NCBI GenBank assembly: GCA_023245995.1
Contig: JAHFJH010000003.1
Location: forward strand, 1,585 to 65,584
Direction of reading: 5' to 3'
Length of the DNA stretch: 64,000 nt
From: Candidatus Doudnabacteria bacterium
GTDB taxonomy: Bacteria > Patescibacteriota > Doudnabacteria > UBA920
A model generated the notes under the pieces. The model had not been told where the DNA came from. It searched no databases and was given only the letters and a program-made list of their open reading frames with translations. Below are positions 27,250 through 38,220 of the stretch, piece by piece (positions within the stretch are counted from its first letter, which is position 1; every line of letters begins with the position of its first letter). A program made the translations under genes and the position numbers.

Positions 27250-28557
27250 TTATAAAATCGGAAACTGCGCGCACAAATCACGTACTAGGTTACAAATAAC
27301 TTTAATACGTTCATCTGCCTGCATGCGGGCTTTAAAGTCTTGAATATACTTTTGTCGTTCTTCTTTTGCTTCGGGTAATTTATCACTCTTTATAATCTCT
27401 ACTACTTCAGCAATCCACTCCGCGATCTTTACCATTTCATGTTCTTTAATACCACGCGTGGTTATAGCTGGGGTACCAATACGGACGCCGGAAGGATAGA
27501 ATGGACTGGGATCGTTTGGAACAGTATTGCGATTAGTTACAATTCCTGCAAAATTTAATGCAGATGCTACTAAGGTTCCTTTACCAAGTGAGTCGCCAGA
27601 AAAGTCCATTACTAGCAAATGGTTTTCCGTTCCCCCGCCAACTAGCACTATCCCCTTAGCCCTTAGCCCTTCTGCTAACACTTTGGCATTATTCACTACC
27701 CCGTGTCCATATTCTGCAAATTCTAATTGCGATGCTTCAAATAAGGCAACAGCAATACCAGCCGTGGTGTTATTATGTGGGCCGCCTTGCATGCCTGGCA
27801 TAACTGCAGAGTCTATTTTCTTTGGTAAGTCAGGGTCTTTTGCAAGCCCTTCATCTGTAACTAAAATTATTGCCCCCCTTGGGCCCCGTAGCGTTTTGTG
27901 TGTAGTAGACATTACTACATGAGCAAAAGGCACAGGGCTTGGGTGCACACCAGCAATAATTAAACCTACGATGTGCGATATATCTGCAACCAAGTAAGCC
28001 CCCACGCTATCGGCAATACTTCTCGCTTGTTCCCAGTCTAAAATAAACGGGTAGGCCGTAGTACCAAAAAATATCACCTTTGGTTTATGTTCCAAAGCTT
28101 TTGCTCGCATGTCGGCGTAGTCTATTTTTGCTTCTTCTGTAAGTCCAAACTGCACGGAGGTGTAATATTTTCCGGAAAAAGTAACACGTGGGTGCCCATG
28201 AGTTAAATGACCGCCACTAGAAAGTCCTAGACCCATAATCGTGCTACCCGGCTCTGCAAGTGCAAAAAGTATTTCGCTGTTGGCCGGACTACCCGAGTAG
28301 GGTTGAACGTTTGCATGTGGCACACCAAAAAGCTTTTTGGCACGGCCTATAGCCAGTAGCTCAATTTGGTCTACTATTTCATTGCCCTCATAGTACCGCT
28401 TACCCGCATACCCTTCCGAATACTTATTTGCCAAAACCGAGCCTACGGCTTCCCGCACAGCTTTAGACGCGTAGTTCTCGGACGGAATAAGCATAAGAGT
28501 ACTTTGTTGCCTCTCTGCTTCTTGGCCTATTAAATTTTCAATTTCTGTGTCTTGCAT
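27250..28557 (-). CDS. glyA: serine hydroxymethyltransferase
   Basis: LIPSENY, NKYSEGY, GGHLTHG, TTHKTLRGPRG. Confidence 0.98.
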   Translation of the reverse strand: MQDTEIENLIGQEAERQQSTLMLIPSENYASKAVREAVGSVLANKYSEGYAGKRYYEGNEIVDQIELLAIGRAKKLFGVPHANVQPYSGSPANSEILFALAEPGSTIMGLGLSSGGHLTHGHPRVTFSGKYYTSVQFGLTEEAKIDYADMRAKALEHKPKVIFFGTTAYPFILDWEQARSIADSVGAYLVADISHIVGLIIAGVHPSPVPFAHVVMSTTHKTLRGPRGAIILVTDEGLAKDPDLPKKIDSAVMPGMQGGPHNNTTAGIAVALFEASQLEFAEYGHGVVNNAKVLAEGLRAKGIVLVGGGTENHLLVMDFSGDSLGKGTLVASALNFAGIVTNRNTVPNDPSPFYPSGVRIGTPAITTRGIKEHEMVKIAEWIAEVVEIIKSDKLPEAKEERQKYIQDFKARMQADERIKVICNLVRDLCAQFPIL

Positions 28558-28560
28558 ATA

Positions 28561-29709
28561 CTAAAGTAGTAAATAGAGCAAAGCCAACAAGGCCGCCATA
28601 AAAAAGAGTAATACAAAACTGCCAGTCACCGCAAATAGCAAAGCTGCCAAAAGCGCAGTTAAGAGCTTACCTACCGATAGGCTTTGCTCAAAAAAAACTA
28701 TATATGGCATAACTTCTGTGGCTTCGGCGCGTTCGTAAGTTACCGTATTCAGCGGAACATAGTAAATATTTTTACCCACTCTAGCTGCAGTGTCGGAAGT
28801 TAACGCACCCCACGCCCCAGGCAAAAATGGTCGTAAAAGCCAACCAGAGGCTGTAAACAAGGCGCCAAACCGTAAAAGCGCAAGTTTTGCACGACCGTCT
28901 GTACGTTTACCAATATAGAGGGTAATAATTGCGGAAAATATAGAAGCAGTGGTAACTACGAGACCAGTATTTTTATAACCCTGTACGGCCAAAAAAATAA
29001 AAATTGGCCACAGTGTTAAAAAAAGCAGTTCTTCGCCAAAACCCAAATAGCCAAAAAACTTTTTTGTTCGAGTAAAAAATAGCTCCCAAGTACTCCGAAA
29101 ATGGTAGGGCCGTTTATAACCGTTCTCTTTATGCATAGCAAGAGGAACAATGGCCATAGCATACACAATTCCGGCCACCACTAACAACGCTCCACTTCCG
29201 TGTAGTTGGGCAATAAAACCACCAACCAACGGACCTAAAATTTGCACCACCTGTACTATAGCCATAAGCACACTAAACTCCCTACCAACTTGGCCTTGGT
29301 TTGCAAAACGAGCCACTATAGACCCAAACGCCGGCCAGTAAAAGGCTTTGCTAAACGCATACATAATAGGCGCAACAAAAATAAGCAATGGAATATCTCG
29401 AGCAAAAAATAAACACGCCCAGTACAAAAGCTGGAATGGAACACTAACAATAAGCGCGTGCTTAAAACCAAAATGGGTGGCAAATTTTCCGCCAAGAGGA
29501 ATAACTAAAATGTACCAAGCATAAACTGCTGCAAAAAACAGCATAACTTCCGGAATGCTTAAACGCAAACTTTGGTATAAGTAAATAGGCTCAAAAATAA
29601 GCATCGCCGCTGCCGCAGTGTCGGTTATTGCGGTAGCTACGTAAAGCTCTTTTACCTCCCTATGAAGCCGGTGGGTAAAGTAATGTGAGACTCGATTAGC
29701 AAGGGTCAT
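28561..29709 (-). CDS. MFS-type transporter
   Basis: About 12 hydrophobic segments, GKRTDGR loop motif. Confidence 0.8.
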   Translation of the reverse strand: MTLANRVSHYFTHRLHREVKELYVATAITDTAAAAMLIFEPIYLYQSLRLSIPEVMLFFAAVYAWYILVIPLGGKFATHFGFKHALIVSVPFQLLYWACLFFARDIPLLIFVAPIMYAFSKAFYWPAFGSIVARFANQGQVGREFSVLMAIVQVVQILGPLVGGFIAQLHGSGALLVVAGIVYAMAIVPLAMHKENGYKRPYHFRSTWELFFTRTKKFFGYLGFGEELLFLTLWPIFIFLAVQGYKNTGLVVTTASIFSAIITLYIGKRTDGRAKLALLRFGALFTASGWLLRPFLPGAWGALTSDTAARVGKNIYYVPLNTVTYERAEATEVMPYIVFFEQSLSVGKLLTALLAALLFAVTGSFVLLFFMAALLALLYLLL

Positions 29710-29914
29710 AAAGCGTGGAACAAGTAAACATTAAACATATTTTAGAAATACCAAAGCAAGAAATGGCAGGTGTGCAACTTTTTGGTATGCGTATATATCT
29801 TCAATAATAAGTATATCAGGTTTATATCTTTTGGCTTAAATACAAGTACTTAAAACAGACATTTGACAAAATTGTCAAATTTGTAGATTGTTGAAATAGA
29901 AGGAGGTACTGCTT

Positions 29915-30199
29915 ATGTCTATCATCAACTTGCATGCCTATGACGATGCAGTCTGGCTTGCAGAAAGACTGTTAGTAGATGCGGGAGCCAATGTAGTCGT
30001 ACTGCGCGACTATGGAGGCCCTCCAACCAAAGAGCTGAAACAAAAAATACTGATTGCGCTGTATGATGCGGTTTTACATGACAGGCTCAAAACCATACAA
30101 GCGCTAGCAAGGTTACTGGAGGCTAGGTATGAAACACCGAGGGACACCATTCCACAGTTGCTTGTCGCTCTCCAAGCGGAGGAGCTCGAGGCAGCTTAG
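29915..30199 (+). CDS. hypothetical protein
   Basis: AAGGAGGT SD, upstream TTGACA, own terminator 30208-30252. Confidence 0.7.
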   Translation: MSIINLHAYDDAVWLAERLLVDAGANVVVLRDYGGPPTKELKQKILIALYDAVLHDRLKTIQALARLLEARYETPRDTIPQLLVALQAEELEAA

Positions 30200-30281
30200 G
30201 CACACACAAAGGCACAGGACAATCCTCACAACTGTCCTGTGCCTTTTTTATTTACTCGCTGTTATATTTTTAGATTTACAG

Positions 30282-32753
30282 TTACACAACTAAATTCAGT
30301 AATTTATCCTGCACAAATATTGCACGCTTTACTTCACTGCCCGCAAGTGCGGTTTTTATTTTTTCATCTTCAAAGGCTGCCGACTTTACAACGTCCTCTG
30401 TCGCTCCTTGGAGCATAGTTAGCTTGCCTCGCATTTTGCCATTTATTTGCACTACCAAAGTTACCGTCTCATCTCGTACAAAACTTTCGTCCCACGCTGG
30501 CCAGTGATCTTTCTGAACAGTGTCGCTATGCCCTAGCTCCTGCCACAGCTCGTCTGCTATGTGTGGTGCAAAAGGTGCGACCAACTGCACTAAACTTTCC
30601 AAAGCGAACTGCCAAGAAGTAGACCCAACAAATCCGTGTTCTGTTTTTTCGGCGCTCAAACTATTTACTAGTTCCATCATACTAGAAATTGCTGTATTGT
30701 ATTTCAAGTTGCCTAAATCGGAAGTCACTTTTTTTATAGTCTTATGCGTTGTGCGCAGAATTATATCATTGCTAAGTGGTGACTCCTCTGCTGCCAAAAA
30801 TTCTTGCACCAGTGTCCATATGCGACCAAGAAAACGAAGTGCAGCGGGCACGCCTTGCGGGTCCCAACGTATCCATATTTCTAATGGTGCTGCGAACATT
30901 AAATAAATACGCAACGCGTCTGCTCCGTGCTGGCTTATAATTTCCAGCGGGTCCACTCCGTTACCCTTGCTCTTACTGAACATTTGTCCGTCAGAGGCCG
31001 TGACTTTACCGTTGAACAAGAATTTTTTAAATGGCTCAGCCGTTTCCAGTAAACCTTTTTTGTGGAAAAATCTAGTCACAAAACGAGCATACAACATATG
31101 GGCAGTTGCGTGGTCTGCACCGTTGTAAAAGTCTATTGGCATCCACTTATTCACTAGGCTGCTATCAAAAATTTTCTCAGAATTAGCCGGGTCAAAATAG
31201 CGCAACATGTACCAGCTACTACAAATATAGGTGTCCAAAGTGTCTGTCTCACGTTCCCCTTCTCCCCCACACTTAGGACACTTTACATGTACCCAGTCTT
31301 GAGCGCGAGCAAGTGCGCTACGTCCGTCCCCACTGGGGCTAAAATCCTTTAGCTCCGGCAACACAACCGGCAAATCTGCGTCTGGCACAAGCTGTGGCCC
31401 ACAAGTTTTACAATAAATAATTGGAATGGGCGCACCCCAATACCTCTGCCTGGAAACACTCCAGTCCCGCATTTTATATTGCACTGAACGAGTGCCCATG
31501 TTGTGCTCTTCAATATATTTTATAATTGGTTCGCGCGCTTCACCCCACTTCATTCCTACTATACCCTCTGGAGCCTGCTCCAATACACCTTCTGGGTCAT
31601 GGTGGTAACAGACTTCTAAATCTCTTACTTTTTTTGCCATGGCTTCATCTGCAGGAAACATGACTGGGCGAAGCGGGATGTTATACATTTTAGCAAAAGC
31701 AAAGTCGCGTTCATCATGAGCGCTACATGTCACAAATCCACCTCCATAGTCTGCTACAACAAAAGAAGCAATCCATATGGGTAAGTCGCCGGTACCAAAC
31801 GGATTTGCCAAATATCGGCCAGTAAAAATGCCTTCAATGTCTTTTTCAACATCAAACTTATCTTTTAGCTTACGCTTACGGATTTTGTCCACCATTTCTA
31901 AAACTGGCTTTTCGTGCTCAGTACCTTCTATAAGCTCTCGGACCATTGGGTGCTCAGGCGCTATAACTGCAAAAGTTTGAGCCATAAAGGTTTGGGGCAC
32001 GGAATCGTATGACTGCAACTCTATGCCTAAATCTTTCACTGTAAACGTAAACAACACACCCTCACTCTTACCAATCCAATTCTTCTGTGCGGTCTTTACT
32101 GTTTCCGTCCAGTCTAGTGCATCTGTTGCTTCTAAAAGTTCGTCTGCGTAGTCTGTAATTTTGAAAAACCATTGCTTCACTTCGCGCTGCACGACCTCGG
32201 GATCAGTTATGGCGTCATGTCGCCAGCATTTACCATCTATAACCTGCTCGTTGGCAAGTACGGTCTGACATTTATCGCACCACCATTGTAAGCGTGTGTC
32301 TTGATATGCTAAACCAGCTCTAAACATTTCCGAGAAAATCCACTGCGTCCATTTATAATATTCGGGCGTATGAGTTGCTATTTCCTTGCTCCAATCATTG
32401 CTCCAACCCATGGCTTGGTACTGCTTGTGGTAGTTTGGAATTATTTTGGCCATGGACTCTTGAGGCGACACTCCGGCTTTTATAGCATAATTTTCCGCGG
32501 GCAAACCAAAACTATCCCAGCCAACTGGGTGGTAACTCTCGTAGCCTGCCTGACGCTTAAAGCGTGCAAGCACATCGCTAATAGTGTAGTTCATGGCATG
32601 CCCTATGTGTATTCCTGCTCCACTTGGGTAGTTAAACATGCTCATGGAAATAAATTTTGGCTTGGAACTGCCTAAGTCAGCCTTATAAACACCTGTTTCC
32701 TGCCATATTTTCCGCCATTTTGACTCAATGTTTTTTGGATTATACTTTTTCAT
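30282..32753 (-). CDS. leuS: leucine--tRNA ligase
   Basis: YPSG..HIGH, GWDSFGLPAENYA, DWSVSRQRYWGAPIP, MFSKS (KMSKS variant). Confidence 0.96.
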   Translation of the reverse strand: MKKYNPKNIESKWRKIWQETGVYKADLGSSKPKFISMSMFNYPSGAGIHIGHAMNYTISDVLARFKRQAGYESYHPVGWDSFGLPAENYAIKAGVSPQESMAKIIPNYHKQYQAMGWSNDWSKEIATHTPEYYKWTQWIFSEMFRAGLAYQDTRLQWWCDKCQTVLANEQVIDGKCWRHDAITDPEVVQREVKQWFFKITDYADELLEATDALDWTETVKTAQKNWIGKSEGVLFTFTVKDLGIELQSYDSVPQTFMAQTFAVIAPEHPMVRELIEGTEHEKPVLEMVDKIRKRKLKDKFDVEKDIEGIFTGRYLANPFGTGDLPIWIASFVVADYGGGFVTCSAHDERDFAFAKMYNIPLRPVMFPADEAMAKKVRDLEVCYHHDPEGVLEQAPEGIVGMKWGEAREPIIKYIEEHNMGTRSVQYKMRDWSVSRQRYWGAPIPIIYCKTCGPQLVPDADLPVVLPELKDFSPSGDGRSALARAQDWVHVKCPKCGGEGERETDTLDTYICSSWYMLRYFDPANSEKIFDSSLVNKWMPIDFYNGADHATAHMLYARFVTRFFHKKGLLETAEPFKKFLFNGKVTASDGQMFSKSKGNGVDPLEIISQHGADALRIYLMFAAPLEIWIRWDPQGVPAALRFLGRIWTLVQEFLAAEESPLSNDIILRTTHKTIKKVTSDLGNLKYNTAISSMMELVNSLSAEKTEHGFVGSTSWQFALESLVQLVAPFAPHIADELWQELGHSDTVQKDHWPAWDESFVRDETVTLVVQINGKMRGKLTMLQGATEDVVKSAAFEDEKIKTALAGSEVKRAIFVQDKLLNLVV

Positions 32754-32764
32754 AACGGTACAAA

Positions 32765-33634
32765 TTATAAAGCAATATTAAACAATTGTACTGCATTTGC
32801 GGTAGTTTGGCGAGCCACCTGTTCAAAAGATATATTTTTAATTTCTGCAATCTTATGGGCCACCGCCTGAACATTTATGGGCTCGTTACGCTTACCGCGC
32901 ATAGGTGCTGGCGCTAAGTATGGAGAATCTGTTTCAAGAACTAAGCGGTCCAGCGGCACGCCCCTTACCACTTCTTCCATATTGCCAGTTTTGTCGAAAG
33001 TAAGAATACCATTAAGACCAATATACCCACCAAGCTCAATAAACTTTTTTGCGACTTCCAAACTTCCCGTAAAGCTATGTATCTCAAATCTCAATACTGA
33101 CAACTGACTACCAGCTACCGAATTCAGTATTTCCAATACATCATTGTAAGCATCACTACTTCCTTTACTTGGCCTGCAATGTATAACCAACGCCTTGTCC
33201 ATATTCTGCGCGAGTTGCAACTGCTTCAAAAAAGCTTCCTTTTGCAACTTCTTAATTACTGCATGATTCATACTTCCTAATTCTTGATCCGGTAATCTGT
33301 AATAATCCAACCCGCACTCACCTATCCCCACCACTTTTGGGTTCTCCGCAAGTTGCTTATAAGCTTCAAAGTTAAACTCTTCTTGGCCTGTAACAAAAGC
33401 ACTTTCGTTTTCATCTAAATACGGATTTTCATACGTATGGCTTGGGTGTAGCCCTACTACCGCAAAAACATTTTGTGTATACCGAGAAAGCATTTCTACT
33501 GCCTGTTTACTAGTATTAAACTCGGTCCCCACGTTTATTACGGCCACACCCGCGTCTAAGCTACGCCTTATAACTTCGTCTGCATCATCGCGAAAAGCGT
33601 GTAGGTTTATATGTGCATGTGTGTCTACGAGCAT
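32765..33634 (-). CDS. tatD: TatD-family nuclease
   Basis: DTHAH, GLHP, GECGLDY, ETDSPYLAP. Confidence 0.95.
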   Translation of the reverse strand: MLVDTHAHINLHAFRDDADEVIRRSLDAGVAVINVGTEFNTSKQAVEMLSRYTQNVFAVVGLHPSHTYENPYLDENESAFVTGQEEFNFEAYKQLAENPKVVGIGECGLDYYRLPDQELGSMNHAVIKKLQKEAFLKQLQLAQNMDKALVIHCRPSKGSSDAYNDVLEILNSVAGSQLSVLRFEIHSFTGSLEVAKKFIELGGYIGLNGILTFDKTGNMEEVVRGVPLDRLVLETDSPYLAPAPMRGKRNEPINVQAVAHKIAEIKNISFEQVARQTTANAVQLFNIAL

Positions 33635-33737
33635 ATATTGCAAAATAATAAGACTATGAATATAATATGAAAACTAGTAACTGAACGCAACCTTATTTCA
33701 CCGTGCCAATTACGTAACACAAATCGGAGGACTAACA

Positions 33738-33986
33738 ATGAAGCGAGTAAAGCAGACGACTGAATCAACAACGACGATGCTGCCAGAGCGTTTCTATGTT
33801 GAACATGTGAACGAAGCAGATCGTGTCAGAAAGGCCACACCACATCTTAACACCGCCACCCTGATAGAATGCCCGAGTAGGTGTGGTCAACAACACTTCG
33901 CAAACGCAATTCCAGTACAATGTTACCGGACCCATACAAAATCTAAGCGTCCACCACGAAACCCCAATCAATACAACGGCGGTTAA
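33738..33986 (+). CDS. small hypothetical protein
   Basis: GGAGG SD; CPSRCGQQH...C. Confidence 0.5.
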   Translation: MKRVKQTTESTTTMLPERFYVEHVNEADRVRKATPHLNTATLIECPSRCGQQHFANAIPVQCYRTHTKSKRPPRNPNQYNGG

Positions 33987-34061
33987 GTTGAATAAGTCAC
34001 CGAGCTCCCTTATACCCCACACTTCCAATATGCGCAGTGTGGGGCTTTGTTCTATACAGAA

Positions 34062-35507
34062 TTATTCAACCCTGGGAAAAAGTCGTGGAATCGTACCTGT
34101 AGACATGTCTTGCAATGCAATTAGTATCTTTTTAGCAGTATCGGGTAACAAAGGCTGTAAATGATAAGCAATAAGCTCTAGGTGTGCGAGTAAGTATTCT
34201 ATATCTTTTTTACCTGCTTCTGCGTCTACCTTAATCTTTTTAAATGGCTCTTCCCTAGCTATATACTCATCTACTTCTTTTACTTTGCCCCAGACCCAAT
34301 CTGCCGCCTTCTGAATTTCATAGTGTTCTAAATACGTTTTGTATTCCGCATTAAAATCTGCAATCTGCAATCTAAAATCTGCAATTCCCGCATTCGTTGC
34401 CATCTTTAGCACACGACTAACCAAATTTCCAAGTCCGTTTGCAAGATTTGCGTTATAACTTTCCTTAAACTTCTCTTCAGTAAAATCTCCATCTTCGAAC
34501 ATATTCATTTCACGAGCAAGCCAATACCTAAGTGCGTCTGTGCTATACGTGTCTACCACCTTGAATGGATCCACCACATTACCAAGAGACTTAGACATCT
34601 TCTGTCCGCCAGAATTTATAAATCCATGTATAACTACCTGCTTAGAATTTGGTAGACCTGCAGAAAAAAGCATGGCTTGCCACATTGCCGACTGCTGACG
34701 TAAATTATCTTTACCTGCAATTTGAACCCCGTTTGAATTTTCTGCTGTACCCCAAAACTGCTCAAAATTAGAAACATCTTCGGGCCAACCAAGAGTAGAA
34801 ATATAATTTACCAACGCGTCGAACCATACATACATAACTTGTGTTTCATCTCCTGGTACTGGCACGCCCCATGACATTTTTTCTTTTAGACGCGATATAC
34901 TGAAGTCTTGCAGTCCGGCCTCTACAAACTTCTTTATTTCATTGAATCTAAAATCTGGAACCACAAAAGTTTTATTGTCTGCGTAAAATTCCAACAAGTG
35001 TTGCCCATACTTAGAAAACCTAAAGAAATAATTTTCTTCTTTTCTTATTTCTATTTCTAAATTTGTATGTAGTGGGCATTTGCCGTCTACAAGCTCAGAG
35101 TCGGTTTTTTCCAACTCACAACCAACGCAATATTTTATTTCGTATTCTTTTTTGTAAATATCACCGCTTGCGTTACAGCGCGTCCAAAATTCTTGTGCAG
35201 CCTGCTTGTGATGAGCGTCTGTGGTACGAATAAAATGCACCTCTGGCAATATGCCGAGCTTTGGTAATAGAGCCTTAAAACGCGCAGCATAAGAATCTAC
35301 ATATACTTGCGTGTCCTTGCCTGCTTCAAGAGCTTTGCCATGAATTTTTGCGCCGTGCTCGTCTGTCCCTGTATTAAAAAATACCTCTTCGCCCATAAGT
35401 TTATGGTACCGTGCTAAAATGTCCGCCTCAACCACTTCCAAAGCAAACCCAATATGCGGGTCAGAATTTACATATGGAATAGTTGTTGTTATGTAAAACT
35501 TATTCAT
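34062..35507 (-). CDS. metG: methionine--tRNA ligase (short form)
   Basis: [29 protein letters not shown]. Confidence 0.97.
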   Translation of the reverse strand: MNKFYITTTIPYVNSDPHIGFALEVVEADILARYHKLMGEEVFFNTGTDEHGAKIHGKALEAGKDTQVYVDSYAARFKALLPKLGILPEVHFIRTTDAHHKQAAQEFWTRCNASGDIYKKEYEIKYCVGCELEKTDSELVDGKCPLHTNLEIEIRKEENYFFRFSKYGQHLLEFYADNKTFVVPDFRFNEIKKFVEAGLQDFSISRLKEKMSWGVPVPGDETQVMYVWFDALVNYISTLGWPEDVSNFEQFWGTAENSNGVQIAGKDNLRQQSAMWQAMLFSAGLPNSKQVVIHGFINSGGQKMSKSLGNVVDPFKVVDTYSTDALRYWLAREMNMFEDGDFTEEKFKESYNANLANGLGNLVSRVLKMATNAGIADFRLQIADFNAEYKTYLEHYEIQKAADWVWGKVKEVDEYIAREEPFKKIKVDAEAGKKDIEYLLAHLELIAYHLQPLLPDTAKKILIALQDMSTGTIPRLFPRVE

Positions 35508-35565
35508 AAAAATAAACAAAAAGAGCTCGTTTAAGCCCTTTTAGTATAGCGGTTTTGAACATTTA

Positions 35566-36591
35566 CTACAATTGAGCCACTTTATAGTCATTTTGCTCAC
35601 CAGTAAACTCCTCTATAAGCACCAAAACTGCTCCCGCAACGGGGACTGCCAGAAGCAGACCAACTATGCCGGCGAGCTTAAAACCTATAAGCAACGAGAG
35701 GAGTACCACTAGCGGAGAAGTGCCAACTGTTTTATGCATAATTTTTGGCACTAAAACATAACCTTCGGTTTTTTGGATAATTATATATAAAATTATTATT
35801 CCAAAAGCCAAAGCTGGGTTTTGAATAAGGGCAAAGAAAAACGCAGGTACGGCAGAAAGTATGGGGCCAATGTATGGTACAACTTCAAACAAGCCTGCAA
35901 GCAAAGCCAGTACCAATGCATACCGAATGCCTAAAATACTTAAGCCCACATATGTGAGAACAAAAATACTGATGCTTAAAAGCAACTGTCCAAGAACCCA
36001 CAAACCCATTTTACGCTGAATTTTGTTAATTACATGCATTACCAAGTCGCGTCTTGCCACTGGTACAAGCGGGCGTATGAGTTCTTTCATACCGTTTTGG
36101 TCCGCAACCACAAGGTAAAAAGAAACAACCATAACAGTTATAAACCCAACGGCTCCGCTAAAAACGCTCACGGTACGACTTACCACGGTACCCCCGCCGT
36201 CCCCTCCTACAATGCTATGGAATATTTGGCTGCCGCTCACATCTCCAACAACGCTGTTGAAGAAAGGGTACTTGGCCTGAAAGTCTGCTAAGTACTCGGG
36301 AAAATGTGCCGCCAAAAGTCTAAATTGCTCTATAACAGGAGGAATAATAGTAGAAACTACCAATGCAATAATACCTAAAACAAGAATATACAAAGCAAGC
36401 ACGCTTACTCCGCGAGGAATTTTACGCTTATGCAAGTAGTCAGCCAACGGATCCATGGCCGAGGCAAAAACCACTGCTAGTAAAAATAATGTAAGTATGT
36501 CTCGTACTGCCCACAAAAAAGCCAGAGACAAAACCACTAAAACTATTTTTAGTATTACCTGCGTGGAATATTCTAGCTCTCTAAATTTCAT
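35566..36591 (-). CDS. AI-2E (PerM) family transporter
   Basis: VPYIGP, EGYVLVPKI, GLLLAVP. Confidence 0.92.
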   Translation of the reverse strand: MKFRELEYSTQVILKIVLVVLSLAFLWAVRDILTLFLLAVVFASAMDPLADYLHKRKIPRGVSVLALYILVLGIIALVVSTIIPPVIEQFRLLAAHFPEYLADFQAKYPFFNSVVGDVSGSQIFHSIVGGDGGGTVVSRTVSVFSGAVGFITVMVVSFYLVVADQNGMKELIRPLVPVARRDLVMHVINKIQRKMGLWVLGQLLLSISIFVLTYVGLSILGIRYALVLALLAGLFEVVPYIGPILSAVPAFFFALIQNPALAFGIIILYIIIQKTEGYVLVPKIMHKTVGTSPLVVLLSLLIGFKLAGIVGLLLAVPVAGAVLVLIEEFTGEQNDYKVAQL

Positions 36592-36635
36592 GTACACAGT
36601 ATAACCCTAAATAAAAAAACCGGCTACTGCCGGTT

Positions 36636-36854
36636 TTACACTGTTGGAATAGGATTATTTTCTAAAATTTTCTTGGCTTCCTCTGTTTCTACATCCATTT
36701 TTCTCAGTCCTTCTAAACAGTAAACCTTAATTTGCTCACGCAAGAACTCTGTAAGACCATCCGCAAGCAAGTCGCGAATGAGTATGTCCTTAATCGTTTG
36801 ATCGAGCTCAGACATTTGTACTAAATAAACAATCTTTTGTACTTTTTCATCCAT
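36636..36854 (-). CDS. hypothetical protein
   Basis: 72 aa; TATAAT 6 nt before ATG; terminator 36613-36637. Confidence 0.7.
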   Translation of the reverse strand: MDEKVQKIVYLVQMSELDQTIKDILIRDLLADGLTEFLREQIKVYCLEGLRKMDVETEEAKKILENNPIPTV

Positions 36855-37156
36855 ATAAACATTATACCATGCACATCAATAACCGTTCTGACTATTATTC
36901 TCCCTCAACAGCCTCAAACAAAGATACATAACCGCGTTCAGCTTTACTTACTTTACTTTCAAACTTGCTAAATCTCTCCTCTACCTGCTGTACAACGTCG
37001 CTAGAAAACTCAATTTGCTGCACATTTTCCGACGCATTTTTTTCACTAAACATATATATTTGTTTCTTACTGCTAGCAAAATTCTTATTATATGGAATGT
37101 AACACTACTAAAAAATTTATGCAAGCACTTATGACAATATTTTAAATTAATTACCT

Positions 37157-37354
37157 TTATTCCTGCTCTTGCAGCTTATTGGATGCCTTATCATGACCAG
37201 CTTTATCAGGACTAGTCTTGGACCTATCGCTCGCTTTCGAATCTGGTGTTTGATCAAAATCTGGACCTACGCCAGTGTAAGTCAGTTTTTTCTTACCTGA
37301 CCTGAACTCTTCGTCAATCATGCGATCTATAGCACTTTCGTCTTCTTTTGACAT
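37157..37354 (-). CDS. hypothetical protein
   Basis: 65 aa, starts 5 nt after the nfo stop. Confidence 0.5.
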   Translation of the reverse strand: MSKEDESAIDRMIDEEFRSGKKKLTYTGVGPDFDQTPDSKASDRSKTSPDKAGHDKASNKLQEQE

Positions 37355-37359
37355 ATATT

Positions 37360-38220
37360 TTATCGTAAAGACTTTAATAACTTTATATCTTCTTTAACCT
37401 TATCGTGTTCTGTTTCTAAAATCAAGGGAAAATACTCAGAATCTCTAATACCTAATTTCAAATTTCTAATTTCAGATATAAAAGCCTTAAACCCAGCAAG
37501 GCCGATGTGGCCGTCGCCAATGTGCTCATGCCGGTCTTTATGGCTTGCAAACTCAGGTTTGCTGTCGTTTACATGGCTCATTCTTAACCACTCTAGGCCA
37601 ATAATGCTTTCAAACTTTTTAAACGTGTCGCCCGCAGCTTTTTGAGTGCGAATGTCATAACCAGATGCAAACGCATGCTGGGTGTCATAACAAATTCCTC
37701 CAAAGCCTTTGTATTTCTTTAAAACTTTAACTAGTTCTGCTAGCTCCTCAAATGTATCGCCCACTACTTGACCTGCCCCAGCAGATATTTCTATAAGCAA
37801 TTTTGTTGTGCCCTTGTAGCCCTCTAAAACCTCTTTAAGGCCGCTCTTTACCTGCTTCATGCCATCAACTTCACCCAAGTCCTTAAAGCTTCCAGGGTGA
37901 AACATTACGTAGCTTGCTCCCAAAAGACTTCCCCTTTCTAGCTCTGTGCGGATAATATTTATAGAACCATGGAAAGTGCTGGCCTTGGCTGAACCGAAAT
38001 TTATAATGTACGGCGCGTGGATAACAAAGTCCGTAAACCTGTACTGCTCCATTTCAGCTTTAAACTGATGCACAATTTCCTTGGTCAAAGGTGGAACGCT
38101 ACCGCCTTGTGGGCTCCTAGTAAATATTTGAAAAGTCTCACAACCCAAGTCTGCAGCATTCTTTGGCGCTTTAAATATTCCCCCCGCAATGCTGACATGA
38201 CATCCTATTTTTATATTCAT
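37360..38220 (-). CDS. nfo: endonuclease IV
   Basis: GCHVSIAGG, HAPYIIN, HPGS, DTQH, HVNDSK, DRHEHIG; ATGA overlap with ilvE. Confidence 0.96.
   Translation of the reverse strand: MNIKIGCHVSIAGGIFKAPKNAADLGCETFQIFTRSPQGGSVPPLTKEIVHQFKAEMEQYRFTDFVIHAPYIINFGSAKASTFHGSINIIRTELERGSLLGASYVMFHPGSFKDLGEVDGMKQVKSGLKEVLEGYKGTTKLLIEISAGAGQVVGDTFEELAELVKVLKKYKGFGGICYDTQHAFASGYDIRTQKAAGDTFKKFESIIGLEWLRMSHVNDSKPEFASHKDRHEHIGDGHIGLAGFKAFISEIRNLKLGIRDSEYFPLILETEHDKVKEDIKLLKSLR

Noticed and set aside
36894-37053. Short broken minus-strand frame (MFSEKNASENVQQ...)
   Set aside because: May be a gene remnant, but too short and motif-free to support
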